The notes under the pieces were generated by a model that had not been told where the DNA came from, did no database searches, and worked only from the letters and a program-made list of their open reading frames with translations. A DNA stretch of 64,000 bases from Pirellulales bacterium (GTDB lineage Bacteria; Planctomycetota; Planctomycetia; Pirellulales; JAEUIK01): assembly GCA_019745975.1 (NCBI GenBank), contig JAIESQ010000013.1, positions 86,780-150,779 on the forward strand. The letters are read 5' to 3'. Positions 45,112-54,280 of the stretch are shown here, in pieces. Within the stretch, counting starts at the first letter, position 1; the number at the start of each line of letters is the position of its first letter. A program made the position numbers and the translations under genes.

Positions 45112-45414
45112 GCCTGCGAGACTCCAAGTAGCGCGGGGATTGTCGTGTTTGGGCTTTCTTTTAGCACACCGTTGGGCCGGTCGCCATCGGTCGACGGGTT
45201 CTGGTAGGCGCACTGCAAAGTCAGAATTGCGAGGGGGACAGGTACATGTTTTCGGCCAAGATGAGTTGGCAAGGAACGACTTTGGCGCGCCGAAGAATGT
45301 ACCAGTCCCCGACTTTGCAGTTCGCCGGGGTCCTGCTGGAATCGGCCTGCGGCAACGGTTAGGATGCACGCGGAAGAGGTCGCTCACGCGCGTTCAGTTT
45401 AGGAGCCAACCATC

Positions 45415-45957
45415 ATGGGGTCGAATTGGAATCGTCGACGCGGAGTGTCGTTCGCCGGCGGCGCAGCCCTGGGGTTCGTTGCCGCGGCGCTGTTGTTGGG
45501 CGCCGGGTTGTGGCCGCACACGCCGCTACACGCCACGGCCACCGATCGTCACGAGAACTTTGCCATTGCCACCGGGCCATTGGATGAAAATGTCGAGGCG
45601 GTCTTCTTTCTCGACTTTGTCTCCGGCGATTTGAAGGCCGCCGTGCTCAGCCCGCAGTTCGGCCGCTTCAACGCCATGTTCACCCGCAACATCTTGAACG
45701 ATCTGGGAGTCGATCCGACGCAGAATCCGCGCTACCTGATGGTCACCGGCGTGGCGAACTTGCGGCGCTCCGGCGGCGGACAGTTCCGGCCGGGTGCTTC
45801 GGTGGTCTACATCGCCGAATTGACCAGCGGCAAGATCGCGGCCTACGCGGTTCCTTGGCGTCCCGACATCCACAATGCCGGCGCGCCGTTTCAAGGTGAG
45901 ATTGGCCTCTTGGACGTGGCGCAGTTCCGCGAGGTGGTAGTTCGCGACCAAGAGTAG
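45415..45957 (+). CDS. hypothetical exported/membrane-anchored protein
   Basis: This 180-aa ORF has an N-terminal hydrophobic segment and no recognised domain. Confidence 0.5.
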   Translation: MGSNWNRRRGVSFAGGAALGFVAAALLLGAGLWPHTPLHATATDRHENFAIATGPLDENVEAVFFLDFVSGDLKAAVLSPQFGRFNAMFTRNILNDLGVDPTQNPRYLMVTGVANLRRSGGGQFRPGASVVYIAELTSGKIAAYAVPWRPDIHNAGAPFQGEIGLLDVAQFREVVVRDQE

Positions 45958-46008
45958 ACTTGCCATGGCACGGGCTTCCGGCTCTTGTAGAACACGGATG
46001 GGCCAGCG

Positions 46009-46239
46009 GTGCCAACGAATTGCGGAGTGATTGCTGGCGTGGAAGTCGTCGTGAACGGCCAGCCGCGCGATGTGTCGGCCGATGCGACCGTCGCCGCGCT
46101 GTTGAGCGAGCTGGAACTCGACCCCCGGCACTGCGCCGTCGAAATCAATCTAGAGCTGGTGCCGCGGGCGCGCCACGCCGTGACGCGATTGGCCGCCGGC
46201 GACCGGCTCGAAATCGTCACGCTGGTCGGCGGCGGGTGA
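46009..46239 (+). CDS. thiS: sulfur-carrier protein ThiS
   Basis: The sequence VVVNGQPRDV...GDRLEIVTLVGGG ends in the diagnostic GG and lies directly upstream of thiG. The start is uncertain (GTG 46009 or 46027). Confidence 0.8.
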   Translation: MPTNCGVIAGVEVVVNGQPRDVSADATVAALLSELELDPRHCAVEINLELVPRARHAVTRLAAGDRLEIVTLVGGG

Positions 46240-46343
46240 ATGGTTCCCCCCAAGGGGTCTGGTCCATTTTTCGGCGAACCAATTTGCGTGGATTCATTCA
46301 GCGTTGGCCGTAAACATGGACCTGACCTCCTCCTGTTGCTTGT

Positions 46344-47225
46344 TTGCGTCCCCGTGACAGGGAACTTAGAAAGCGAATTGTGACCACCGACTTGTTGCAC
46401 GACGAGGCGCTCGAAGCGGACGGATTTACGCTGGGAACGCACCGGCTCGCCAGCCGGCTGATCGTTGGCACTGGCAAGTACGCCAGCTACGAGCTGATGG
46501 CCGAGGCGCTCTCCGTCTCCGGCACCGACTGCATCACGGTGGCCGTGCGTCGCGAGCGCCTGATCGACAAGTCGGGGCGCAACATCCTCGATTTTCTTCC
46601 CGGCAACCGCTACCTGCTTTTGCCCAACACGGCCGGCTGCTTCACGGCCGACGAGGCGGTTCGTGTGGCCCGCCTCGGGCGCGAGATTCTCCTGGGACTC
46701 GAAAACCCCGGCGCCGATTGGGTGAAGCTCGAAGTGCTCGGCGACAAGAAGACGCTGTTGCCCGACCCCATCGCCACGCTGGCCGCCACCGAACGATTGG
46801 TCGCCGAAGGGTTTCAGGTCCTTTGTTACACGACCGACGATCCGGTCACCGCCCTGCGCTTGAAGCAGGCGGGGGCGACGAGCGTCATGCCCGCCGGCAG
46901 CCCGATCGGCTCGGGCCAGGGGATCTTGAACCCCAATAATATCCGCATCTGCCTCGAATACCTCAAAGACGGCGACCCCGACTACCCGGTGATCGTCGAC
47001 GCCGGCGTAGGCACGGCGAGCGACGTCTCGATCGCCATGGAGCTTGGCGTGGATGGCGTGCTGCTCAATACCGGCATCGCGCACGCGCGCGATCCGCTGG
47101 TGATGGCCCGCGCCATGCGGCATGCGGTCGTGGCCGGGAGATTGGCGTATCTCGCCGGCCGCATCCCGCGTAAGCTTTATGCCACCGCCAGCAGCCCGGA
47201 CGAAGGGCGAGTGGCAAGCGGATAA
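46344..47225 (+). CDS. thiG: thiazole synthase ThiG
   Basis: Motifs are [33 protein letters not shown] and [12 protein letters not shown]. The start is uncertain (46344 or GTG 46380). Confidence 0.9.
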   Translation: MRPRDRELRKRIVTTDLLHDEALEADGFTLGTHRLASRLIVGTGKYASYELMAEALSVSGTDCITVAVRRERLIDKSGRNILDFLPGNRYLLLPNTAGCFTADEAVRVARLGREILLGLENPGADWVKLEVLGDKKTLLPDPIATLAATERLVAEGFQVLCYTTDDPVTALRLKQAGATSVMPAGSPIGSGQGILNPNNIRICLEYLKDGDPDYPVIVDAGVGTASDVSIAMELGVDGVLLNTGIAHARDPLVMARAMRHAVVAGRLAYLAGRIPRKLYATASSPDEGRVASG

Positions 47226-47302
47226 GGGCTGGTGGATTGCGTTTGCGATCCAAACTCGATTCTCTGACCACGACTCCCTGACCTCTAACCCCTCTAGGGA
47301 TC

Positions 47303-47908
47303 ATGTCCGACGAATGGTATTACGCAGTTGATGGCCGTCAGGCAGGCCCGGTCGCCGAAGCGCTCCTCAAGCAATTGATCGGCAGTGGCCAGGTCCGCCC
47401 GCAGGACCTTGTCTGGCGCGATGGCATGCCTCAGTGGCAACCGGCCGCCAGCGTGCTGGGTCTCTTGGCCGCACAAGCCGCGACCGTTTCCGCGGGCCCG
47501 CCCAGCGTTCCCCCATCGGCAGGTAACCCGTTCGATCCGGGGAGCGCCGCTACGGCAGCGTATGTGATGCCGCGAGCAGCCCCGGGCAAGGTGGTCGCCA
47601 TCAAAGTGATGATGATCGTCGGCGCGGCGATCGCGCTACTGTGGTCGCTGGGATTGATGGCGAGCTGTATCTTTCTGATTTGGCCCGGCACCTACCTGGC
47701 ATTGGTGACCGGCATTTGGGGGCTGGTGGCAGGGCTGAAGGCCGACCGCGAGCGTCCGCCCAAGGCAATCGCGATCCTGCAGATTTGTCTGATCCTCAAC
47801 TTCGACGTGACGAATCTGGCGCTGGGGATTGTCGAACTGGTGTTTCTAGGCGATCCCGAAGTGGCGACGCACTACGACGCGGCCAGCCAATTGCCTATCA
47901 TGCAGTAG
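47303..47908 (+). CDS. GYF_2 (DUF4339) domain membrane protein
   Basis: The N-terminal GYF-like segment is WYYAVDGRQAGPVAEALLKQLIGSGQVRPQDLVWRDGMPQWQPA, followed by three or four TM segments. Confidence 0.7.
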   Translation: MSDEWYYAVDGRQAGPVAEALLKQLIGSGQVRPQDLVWRDGMPQWQPAASVLGLLAAQAATVSAGPPSVPPSAGNPFDPGSAATAAYVMPRAAPGKVVAIKVMMIVGAAIALLWSLGLMASCIFLIWPGTYLALVTGIWGLVAGLKADRERPPKAIAILQICLILNFDVTNLALGIVELVFLGDPEVATHYDAASQLPIMQ

Positions 47909-47992
47909 CCTTCTCGGTCGGATCGGCGCGGCGAGTCGCTGCAACGTAGCTGGCCGACGGCAACTGCCCCCACCTAGCTGCCAGTTGAAAGG

Positions 47993-48058
47993 CTGTAGCC
48001 GGCCACTTCGAGGTCGGTGAATTGCCGTGAATACCGGGGTCACAGACCCCGGCTACAG
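47993..48058. repeat. palindromic repeat family 2, copy 1
   Basis: The outer IR is CTGTAGCCGG...CCGGCTACAG and the inner hairpin is CCGGGGTC-ACA-GACCCCGG. Its reverse complement aligns with 60645-60708. Confidence 0.75.
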
Positions 48059-48104
48059 AACCTATCGACGAACTACTAGTTGCCCTCGCCTCGAAAGGGT
48101 GCGC

Positions 48105-49220
48105 ATGCCCCGCTGGTTGGATTTCCGTAGCGATACGATCACTCGCCCCACGCCGGCCATGCGTCAAGCGATGGCCAATGCCGAAGTCGGCGACGATGTC
48201 TTCGGCGAAGACCCCACGGTGCTGGCCCTCGAAGCCCGCACCGCGGAACTGCTGGGCAAAGAGGCCGCGGTGTACGTTCCGTCGGGCACCATGTCGAACC
48301 AGCTCGGCGTGCGCGTCCACTGCCAGCCCGGCGACGAGATGATCTGTGAGGCGAGCTGCCATATCCTCAATTACGAGCAGGCGGGCTACGCGCAGCTCAG
48401 CGCCGTGGCGGCCCGTCCGATCGCGGGGCGGTATGGAGTGCTCGACGTAGAGCAACTCACCGGTTTGATCCGCCCGGCCGACGACCACTACCCGCGCTCG
48501 CGCGTTGTCTGCCTGGAGAACACGCACAACCGCGGCGGCGGGCGCATCCTGCCGCTCGACAAAGTCGCGGCGATCTGCGGTTGGGCGCATGGGCAAGGGC
48601 TCGCGACCCATCTTGATGGCGCGCGGCTGTTCAATGCGGTGGTGGCGACCGGCACTCCGGCGCACGAGTGGGCAAGCCACTTCGACACCGTCAGCGTCTG
48701 CTTCAGCAAAGGGTTGGGGGCGCCGGTTGGTTCGGCTTTGGCCGGGCCCAAGGATTTGATTCGCAAAGCGCGCCGGGCCCGCAAGTTGTTGGGGGGCGGT
48801 ATGCGTCAGGCGGGCGTAATCGCCGCCGGCGCGCTTTACGGCTTGAACCATCACATCGAGCGCCTGGCCGAAGACCACGTCAACGCGCGCGAGCTGGCCA
48901 AGGCGATTTCAGCGATCGACGGCCTCGCGCTGGATCCGCCCGACGTCGATACGAACATCGTCATCTTCCTGGTCTCGCCCAAGCTGGGCACCGCCGCCGA
49001 GTTTTGCGCGCGATTGAAAGAAGCCGGTGTGCTGATGTTGCCGATTGCCGCGCAGCAAGTGCGGGCGCTGGCGCACTTGGACGTGTCGCGCGAGGACGTG
49101 AAGGCCGCGGTCGAAGTGCTGCGGCGCGTGGCGGGCGAACTGGCCTATGGTGCGAAGCCCGGTGGCAACGGCCCTACCGGGGCGACCTCGACATCCGTCA
49201 GCTCGGCGTATCGCGGCTAG
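48105..49220 (+). CDS. ltaE: low-specificity L-threonine aldolase (PLP-dependent)
   Basis: The sequence contains [18 protein letters not shown]...[11 protein letters not shown]...[11 protein letters not shown]...[11 protein letters not shown] (PLP-binding lysine region). The start is ATG 48105. Confidence 0.85.
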   Translation: MPRWLDFRSDTITRPTPAMRQAMANAEVGDDVFGEDPTVLALEARTAELLGKEAAVYVPSGTMSNQLGVRVHCQPGDEMICEASCHILNYEQAGYAQLSAVAARPIAGRYGVLDVEQLTGLIRPADDHYPRSRVVCLENTHNRGGGRILPLDKVAAICGWAHGQGLATHLDGARLFNAVVATGTPAHEWASHFDTVSVCFSKGLGAPVGSALAGPKDLIRKARRARKLLGGGMRQAGVIAAGALYGLNHHIERLAEDHVNARELAKAISAIDGLALDPPDVDTNIVIFLVSPKLGTAAEFCARLKEAGVLMLPIAAQQVRALAHLDVSREDVKAAVEVLRRVAGELAYGAKPGGNGPTGATSTSVSSAYRG

Positions 49221-49242
49221 GTCGACGCGCGGCGACGCAACG

Positions 49243-49313
49243 GGGGCGGGAGTCGTTTCCGGTTGCACGCGCCCCATTTGACTGGTGCTCTGTCGGAAAC
49301 GACTCCCGTCCCC
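49243..49313. repeat. hairpin repeat family 4, copy 1
   Basis: GGGGCGGGAGTCGTTTCCG (49243-49261) pairs with CGGAAACGACTCCCGTCCCC (49294-49313). The core 15 bp are perfect and the loop is about 32 nt. Confidence 0.8.
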
Positions 49314-49327
49314 TTAGGCACGCGCTC

Positions 49328-49750
49328 ATGAAATCCCAGACCGAGTACCTCGCCTTCAAGCTGCCCGAGCGGATGGGCCTGGTGAACATCACGCGCGAAG
49401 TCGAGCGCGTGGTCGCCGCCAGCGGCGTGCAAGAAGGGCTCTGTCTGGTCAACGCCATGCACATCACGGCCAGCGTGTTCATCAACGACGACGAACCGGG
49501 GCTGCACCACGATTACAAGCGGTGGCTCGAGGCCCTGGCCCCCTTCGATCCCTCGCCGCAGCGGTATCATCACAACCGCACGGGCGAGGACAACGCCGAC
49601 GCCCATCTCAAGCGCCAGATCATGGGGCGCGAAGTCGTGGTGGCGATCACCGCGGGCAAGCTCGACTTCGGCCCCTGGGAGCAGATCTTCTACGGCGAGT
49701 TCGACGGTCGCCGGCCGAAGCGCGTGCTGGTCAAGGTGATCGGGGAGTGA
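49328..49750 (+). CDS. yjbQ: YjbQ/UPF0047-family protein (secondary thiamine-phosphate synthase type)
   Basis: The sequence contains [27 protein letters not shown]...[15 protein letters not shown]...[15 protein letters not shown]. The start is ATG 49328 within the longer track ORF. Confidence 0.85.
   Translation: MKSQTEYLAFKLPERMGLVNITREVERVVAASGVQEGLCLVNAMHITASVFINDDEPGLHHDYKRWLEALAPFDPSPQRYHHNRTGEDNADAHLKRQIMGREVVVAITAGKLDFGPWEQIFYGEFDGRRPKRVLVKVIGE
49706..49750. repeat. 45-bp direct repeat, copy 1 (authentic 3' end of yjbQ)
   Basis: GGTCGCCGGCCGAAGCGCGTGCTGGTCAAGGTGATCGGGGAGTGA matches 50594-50638 at 42 of 45 positions. Confidence 0.85.
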
Positions 49751-49839
49751 CGCATCGACGGGGCGGCAGCACAGCCGAGAATTGACCCTGCCCGGTAACG
49801 TTGTAAAATAAATCAACGCCGTTTGCTGATCGAGACAGC

Positions 49840-50115
49840 GTGAGCAACGAACTGATCGTCGTCTGGGACTTACCCGATGACCCGCAGGGCAATGTACAAC
49901 ATATTGCCCAGCATGGCCTGACAGTGGACGATGTGGAAGACGTGCTCTACAGCCGTGATTCGGTCACGTCGTTCAGCCGTTCGAGCGGACAGCCGATCAC
50001 TTTCGGCTACACGACGGGTGGCGAGCACATCGCCGTCGTGTGGGAGCTTGTCGCCGCTGATCCGCGGACGATCTACCCGATCACCGCGTACGCGGTTCCC
50101 GAAGCGAGAGATTGA
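49840..50115 (+). CDS. BrnT/DUF497-like putative toxin
   Basis: IVVWDLPDDPQGNVQHIAQHGLTVDDVEDVL...GEHIAVVWE...IYPITAYAV follows the DUF497 pattern (WD...N..KHG....E..V). The start is GTG, and the assignment is by eye. Confidence 0.4.
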   Translation: MSNELIVVWDLPDDPQGNVQHIAQHGLTVDDVEDVLYSRDSVTSFSRSSGQPITFGYTTGGEHIAVVWELVAADPRTIYPITAYAVPEARD

Positions 50116-50224
50116 ACTATTGATAGCTGCGCAGTGAACGAACCAACTGGGGCGATTATTGTCGGGGCTCCCGGCCTTCCGCTGGTCGGCCGGGGGTCAT
50201 GTTCCGCGCAGCGAGGAATATAAC

Positions 50225-50581
50225 ATGAAACGCAAACGTGAATATCGTTCGATCGAGCGCTCTGCAGCCGAGCAAGCGCGGCTACGAACGATCCGAAAGC
50301 AATTCAAGAATCGACCAACCTTGCTCGAACTGGTCGGGAGTGGCGAATACGGCAAGCCAATTTCACACGCCGTGTTGCTCGATGTGCTCGTGCATCTCAA
50401 GTCGTTGCGACAGTCCGCTCAACTCAGCTTGGCAGAAATGTCCGAGCGCACGGGGATGGACAAGTCGGCGCTCAGTCGGCTGGAGAATTGCGCAGCCCCG
50501 AATCCGACATTTTCCACGGTCGAACGCTATCTGACTGCGCTGGGTAAACGCCTGCGCATCAAGATCGAAGATAGCCGCTAG
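50225..50581 (+). CDS. XRE-family HTH protein (putative antitoxin)
   Basis: LKSLRQSAQLSLAEMSERTGMDKSALSRLENCAAPNPTFSTVERYLTALG is an HTH_3 pattern. The start is ATG 50225. Confidence 0.65.
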   Translation: MKRKREYRSIERSAAEQARLRTIRKQFKNRPTLLELVGSGEYGKPISHAVLLDVLVHLKSLRQSAQLSLAEMSERTGMDKSALSRLENCAAPNPTFSTVERYLTALGKRLRIKIEDSR

Positions 50582-50593
50582 CACGTTCTGAGT

Positions 50594-50638
50594 GGCCGCC
50601 GGCCGAAGCGCGTGCTGGTCAAAGTGATCGGAGAGTGA
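50594..50638. repeat. 45-bp direct repeat, copy 2 (orphan duplicate of the yjbQ 3' end)
   Basis: GGCCGCCGGCCGAAGCGCGTGCTGGTCAAAGTGATCGGAGAGTGA. Confidence 0.85.
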
Positions 50639-50723
50639 GCTGAGACCAGTGCGGCGCGCTGCTAGCACGGCGCCGAGTTTGCCGGCTGGGTAGAGTAAGC
50701 CGCGAGTCCGCAGACGGCCGCGC

Positions 50724-50936
50724 CTACGCCGCTTCGTCCAGCTCCAGCTCGCGGAGCATTTCGATCGCCGCGCAGGCGTTGTCGAGTCCACCGATCTGTT
50801 CGACGAACTGTTCAACTGCCAGCACGTCGGCCGGGCGCAAGTCGCTACCAAGCGACAGCAGTCGGGCGGCGATCTCTTGGGTGCTCAAGTCTTGCAAGCG
50901 GACCTGAGGGTATTCGTCGTGCGATTCGAACTGCAT
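50724..50936 (-). CDS. hypothetical small acidic protein
   Basis: This is a 70-aa ORF with no recognised domain. Confidence 0.35.
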   Translation of the reverse strand: MQFESHDEYPQVRLQDLSTQEIAARLLSLGSDLRPADVLAVEQFVEQIGGLDNACAAIEMLRELELDEAA

Positions 50937-51152
50937 GGTCGATTCCTCGTCGCGTCGCTGCGGGGAAAGCCAGTGGCCGTCAACCCGGCTCTACCGACGA
51001 ATCGGCCATGTGCGAAGCGCGGCTGCAGCTTTTCGCGCGATCGGCCGACACTCGGCACCAACACCAAGTCATGCGCGAACCAATCACGCGCACCAGGCAA
51101 ACTATTGCGCGCGCAAGTGAGCGCTAGCAGTGACTTGGCGTGCTTCCCCGGG

Positions 51153-51276
51153 GTGCCACTGCTTCGCAGAAGCAGTGCGCGCTGATCGCTCGAATCGGCG
51201 ATGAAGACGGCACTGCTTGCCAGCTTGCGGCGTCTCAAGCGGTGCTGCATCCACCGGCTGGCAAGCAGTGGCACAC
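51153..51276. repeat. REP cluster (family 1)
   Basis: GTGCCACTGCTTC-GCA-GAAGCAGTGCGC lies at 51153-51180. A long hairpin follows: CACTGCTTGCCAGC (51211-51224) pairs with GCTGGCAAGCAGTG (51257-51270), then GCACAC. Confidence 0.8.
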
Positions 51277-51294
51277 GAATCGATGTCGCGTCGT

Positions 51295-51558
51295 TCAGCC
51301 GCCGCCGATCGCTGGGATGAAATGCACTTCGCTCGCGGGGCCGACGCGCGCCAACAGCCCGCGCGCCGTCACTCGGCCGTCGATCGAGGCCGCCAGACCG
51401 CGCGCAAGCTGGTCGTTTTCGGTGAGCCGCGCGGCCAGCCCCGGGAAGCGCTCGTCGAGCTGGCGAATCACCTGGCCGAGCGACTCGGCCGCTAGCTCGA
51501 CGCGGTCGAGCCCGCCGGTCAGCGAGCGCATCTGATTAGGAATGAAGACGAGCGCCAT
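51295..51558 (-). CDS. MoaD/ThiS-family ubiquitin-like sulfur-carrier protein
   Basis: This 87-aa protein ends in ...VHFIPAIGGG (C-terminal Gly-Gly) and has a beta-grasp-like length and pattern. Confidence 0.65.
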   Translation of the reverse strand: MALVFIPNQMRSLTGGLDRVELAAESLGQVIRQLDERFPGLAARLTENDQLARGLAASIDGRVTARGLLARVGPASEVHFIPAIGGG

Positions 51559-51569
51559 CGCGATGTCAC

Positions 51570-51641
51570 GGGGACGGAAGTCGTTTCTGATCGTCAGCGA
51601 CCTTGTGAATTCATCGTTGCCCAGAAACGACTCTCGTCCCC
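51570..51641. repeat. hairpin repeat family 4, copy 2
   Basis: GGGGACGGAAGTCGTTTCTG (51570-51589) pairs with CAGAAACGACTCTCGTCCCC (51622-51641). The stems are homologous to copy 1, but the loop is unrelated. Confidence 0.8.
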
Positions 51642-51647
51642 CTTGGA

Positions 51648-52469
51648 CTACGGTCGCACGCCGGCGCCAAGCTGCGCTTCGATCTGGGCGAGCAGCGCCG
51701 GGAGCTCGGCGACGCTTTCAATGACGTAGTGCGCGCCGGCGTCGCGCAGTTTGGCGGCGGCCCGTTCGACGCGCTCGACGCGCTCGGACTTGGGGAGCGC
51801 GGCAAGCTGGGCGGCGGTCAGGCCCACGTCGCTCCCGGTGGCCGACACGCCGATCGACCATGCGCCGGCCGCCAACCCTTCGCCAATGTCGGGCACCGTG
51901 TCGCCGACTTTGACGACGGCCGCCGGCGGAAACACATTCAGGTCTTGCATGACGCGATAGAGCATCCACGGCGCCGGGCGACCGCGCGGCACCTGCGTGA
52001 CGCAGCAGTTGGCATCGGTTGCAAAACCTTGTTCGCGCGCGATGGCGTAGCAGAGCTCGGCCGCTTCCTGAAAGTAGCCCGTCGTGCCGGCGAGCTTGAT
52101 TCCCCGACGGCGCAAATCGGCCACGGCATCCTTCAAACCCGGCACGAGCCCGCAATGCTGCGCGATGCACTTGACCTGCAACGGCATGAAGTCTTGATAC
52201 ATCTTGTCGATGTCGCTGGGGGCCAGGTCGCGGCCGTGCACGTTGCGCCACTGCTCGCCGACGCCCGGCATGGCAGCCAGCGCTTCGAGATGCTGGCGCT
52301 TGTCGAGCCCCATCGGCTCGCGCACCTGCTCGATCGACAACTCAATGCCGTTGGCCGCATAGACATCGTGAAATGGCGCGACCGGTCCGAAGCAGCCGTG
52401 GTCGACGATCGTGCCAGCCCAATCGAAGACAACCAGCTTGATGGCGGTGGGCGAGGCCAGGGCGTTCAT
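51648..52469 (-). CDS. phnX: phosphonoacetaldehyde hydrolase (phosphonatase, HAD family)
   Basis: VVFDWAGTIVD is the HAD motif I of the PhnX type. Also present are GTTGY and KVGDTVPDIGEG. Confidence 0.8.
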   Translation of the reverse strand: MNALASPTAIKLVVFDWAGTIVDHGCFGPVAPFHDVYAANGIELSIEQVREPMGLDKRQHLEALAAMPGVGEQWRNVHGRDLAPSDIDKMYQDFMPLQVKCIAQHCGLVPGLKDAVADLRRRGIKLAGTTGYFQEAAELCYAIAREQGFATDANCCVTQVPRGRPAPWMLYRVMQDLNVFPPAAVVKVGDTVPDIGEGLAAGAWSIGVSATGSDVGLTAAQLAALPKSERVERVERAAAKLRDAGAHYVIESVAELPALLAQIEAQLGAGVRP

Positions 52470-52527
52470 GTGATGCGACTCAACGACTGAATACGAAACA
52501 ACAGATTACCTAAAGCTGGGAGAGTTC

Positions 52528-52612
52528 ATCCACAGAAATCGCAGAACCGCACAGAAGAATCTGCAGGACGAGCGACGCTCACTTTCTGTGTCCTTTTGCG
52601 CCTTCTGTGGAT
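52528..52612. repeat. CACAGAA-rich inverted repeat family 3, copy 1
   Basis: ATCCACAGAAATCGCAGAACCGCACAGAAG...CTTTCTGTGTCCTTTTGCGCCTTCTGTGGAT. Confidence 0.7.
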
Positions 52613-52666
52613 TGTTCCTGGTTTCCCTTCGAGCGCGACACCGCGCGTGCTCTCTAGCGAGGCGGC

Positions 52667-54163
52667 TCACCCGCGGACCAACAGCTCGCGCAGCACGCGG
52701 CACGGCTGATTGTCGGTCAGCGATTGGTCGCGGCCATTGTACATGTAGGTGACGCGCGTGTGATCGAGCCCGAACAGGTGCAGGAGCGTGGCATGGTAAT
52801 CGTTGGCACTGACCGGGTCGACCTGCGCGCGATGGCCGAATTCGTCGGTGGCGCCGTGCGCCACGCCGCCGCGGATGCCGCCGCCAGCCAGCCACATGCT
52901 GTAACCCTGCCCGTTGTGGTCGCGGCCGATACTCTCAGGCGGGCCCGAACCTTCGGTCACCGGCAAGCGGCCAATCTCGCCCCCCCAGTGCACGAGTGTG
53001 GTCTCGAGCATGCCGCGGCTCTTGAGGTCTTTGATCAGCCCGGCCGAGGGCTTGTCAGTTTTGCGGCAACAGGCCGGCAACGCCGTGCGAATGCTCTGAT
53101 GGTTGTCCCAGATCTGGCCGGCGATGAACACTTGCACGAACCGCACGCCCCGTTCGACGAGCCGCCGCGCGATCAACAGCCGCGTGCCGTACTCGGCCGT
53201 CTCGGGATCATCGAGGCCGTAGAGCTTGGTGGTTGCGGAACTCTCGCCCGAGATGTCGAGCGCATCCTTGGCAGCCACTTGCATGCGCGCGGCCAGCTCG
53301 TAGCTGGCGATGCGGGCTTCGAGATCGGCTTCGCCGGGGTGCTGCGCCAGGTGCTGGCGGTTGAGCTCAGCCAGCAGGTCGAGATTCTGTCGCTGCAACT
53401 GGCCGCGCAAGTGTGGCGGCGGATCGAGATTCAGGATGCGCGGCTCCTGCGGCCGCACGACGGTCCCTTGATACAACGGCGGCAACCAGCCGTGCGACCA
53501 GTTCCGTACCCCATCGACCGGATGCCCGCCAGGGTCGGGCATGGCGATGTACGCCGGCAAGTCCTGGGTCTCGGACCCTAGCGCGTACGACAGCCAGCTC
53601 CCCAGCGCCGGCCGGCCGGGTTGCGGGCGGCCCGTATTCATCGTCCAGATCGACGGCTCGTGCCCGTTGATGTCGGTGTGCATCGAGCGGATCAGGCAGA
53701 TGTCGTCGACCACTTCGGCCAGATGGGGCAACAGTTCCGACAGCTCGGTACCGCACTGGCCATGAGGAGCGAACTTCCAGGGTGTGCCCAACAGTTTCTT
53801 GCTGGCGCGATTGATGAAGCTGTACGTCACCTCGCCGGGATAATCCTGGCCGCTGCGCTTAGAAAGCTCGGGCTTGGGCTCGAACAAATCGACGTGGCTC
53901 GGCCCGCCGTTCATGAACAGCGAGATCATCGCCTGGGCTTGCGGCTCGTAGTGCGTCTGGCGCGCGACAAGATCGAACTTGCGCGGCTGCCGGGGAATGT
54001 GCGTGGCCGCGCGCAGGCGGTCCTGCTCGACCAGCCAGGCCAGGGCGACGCTGCCGATGCCCAGGGCATTGCGCTCGAGAAACTGGCGACGGCTAAGTGC
54101 TGACGCGCTGGGCGGCGACATCGCGAGACGATTTGATTGGCAAGCTTCGTCGTGGGCGGACAC
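52667..54163 (-). CDS. DUF1501-domain (sulfatase-fold) protein
   Basis: The TAT-type N-terminus is SRRQFLERNALGIGSVALA, and the conserved body includes ISLFMNGGPSHVDLFEPKP and DHNG. Confidence 0.85.
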   Translation of the reverse strand: MSAHDEACQSNRLAMSPPSASALSRRQFLERNALGIGSVALAWLVEQDRLRAATHIPRQPRKFDLVARQTHYEPQAQAMISLFMNGGPSHVDLFEPKPELSKRSGQDYPGEVTYSFINRASKKLLGTPWKFAPHGQCGTELSELLPHLAEVVDDICLIRSMHTDINGHEPSIWTMNTGRPQPGRPALGSWLSYALGSETQDLPAYIAMPDPGGHPVDGVRNWSHGWLPPLYQGTVVRPQEPRILNLDPPPHLRGQLQRQNLDLLAELNRQHLAQHPGEADLEARIASYELAARMQVAAKDALDISGESSATTKLYGLDDPETAEYGTRLLIARRLVERGVRFVQVFIAGQIWDNHQSIRTALPACCRKTDKPSAGLIKDLKSRGMLETTLVHWGGEIGRLPVTEGSGPPESIGRDHNGQGYSMWLAGGGIRGGVAHGATDEFGHRAQVDPVSANDYHATLLHLFGLDHTRVTYMYNGRDQSLTDNQPCRVLRELLVRG

Positions 54164-54199
54164 AGTTGGGATCTCCGAATGGTCGCCGGGCAGTTATTG

Positions 54200-54280
54200 G
54201 TGTGCCACTGCTTGGCAACGGCAGTGCCGAACAGCTCTTTCGTATCTTAACGCGGGGCGCACTGCCGTTGCCAAGCAGTG
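54200..54280. repeat. REPIN flanking the RAYT gene (family 1)
   Basis: Perfect 22-bp arms CACTGCTTGGCAACGGCAGTGC (54206-54227) and GCACTGCCGTTGCCAAGCAGTG (54259-54280). Each arm is itself CACTGC-N9-GCAGTG. Confidence 0.9.

Noticed and set aside
45112-45387. Upstream 92 codons of the 490-aa oxidoreductase track ORF
   Set aside because: The Rossmann fold starts right after M93 (ATG 45111). The extension is Arg/Pro/Cys-rich and covers a long palindrome.
45958-46008. TPP riboswitch upstream of thiS
   Set aside because: I found no CUGAGA / ACCUGAUCUGGAUAAUGCCAGCG-type conserved cores in the 50-nt spacer or the preceding 150 nt.
44131-47123. Long ORFs 44131..45207 (+) and 45891..47123 (-)
   Set aside because: They are antisense to the Gfo/Idh/MocA gene and to thiS/thiG respectively.
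47898-48878. 326-aa minus-strand ORF
   Set aside because: It is antisense to the threonine aldolase gene.
48668-49327. N-terminal 220 codons of the 360-aa track ORF leading into yjbQ
   Set aside because: It overlaps the aldolase gene out of frame and crosses a hairpin repeat. YjbQ homology begins at ATG 49328.
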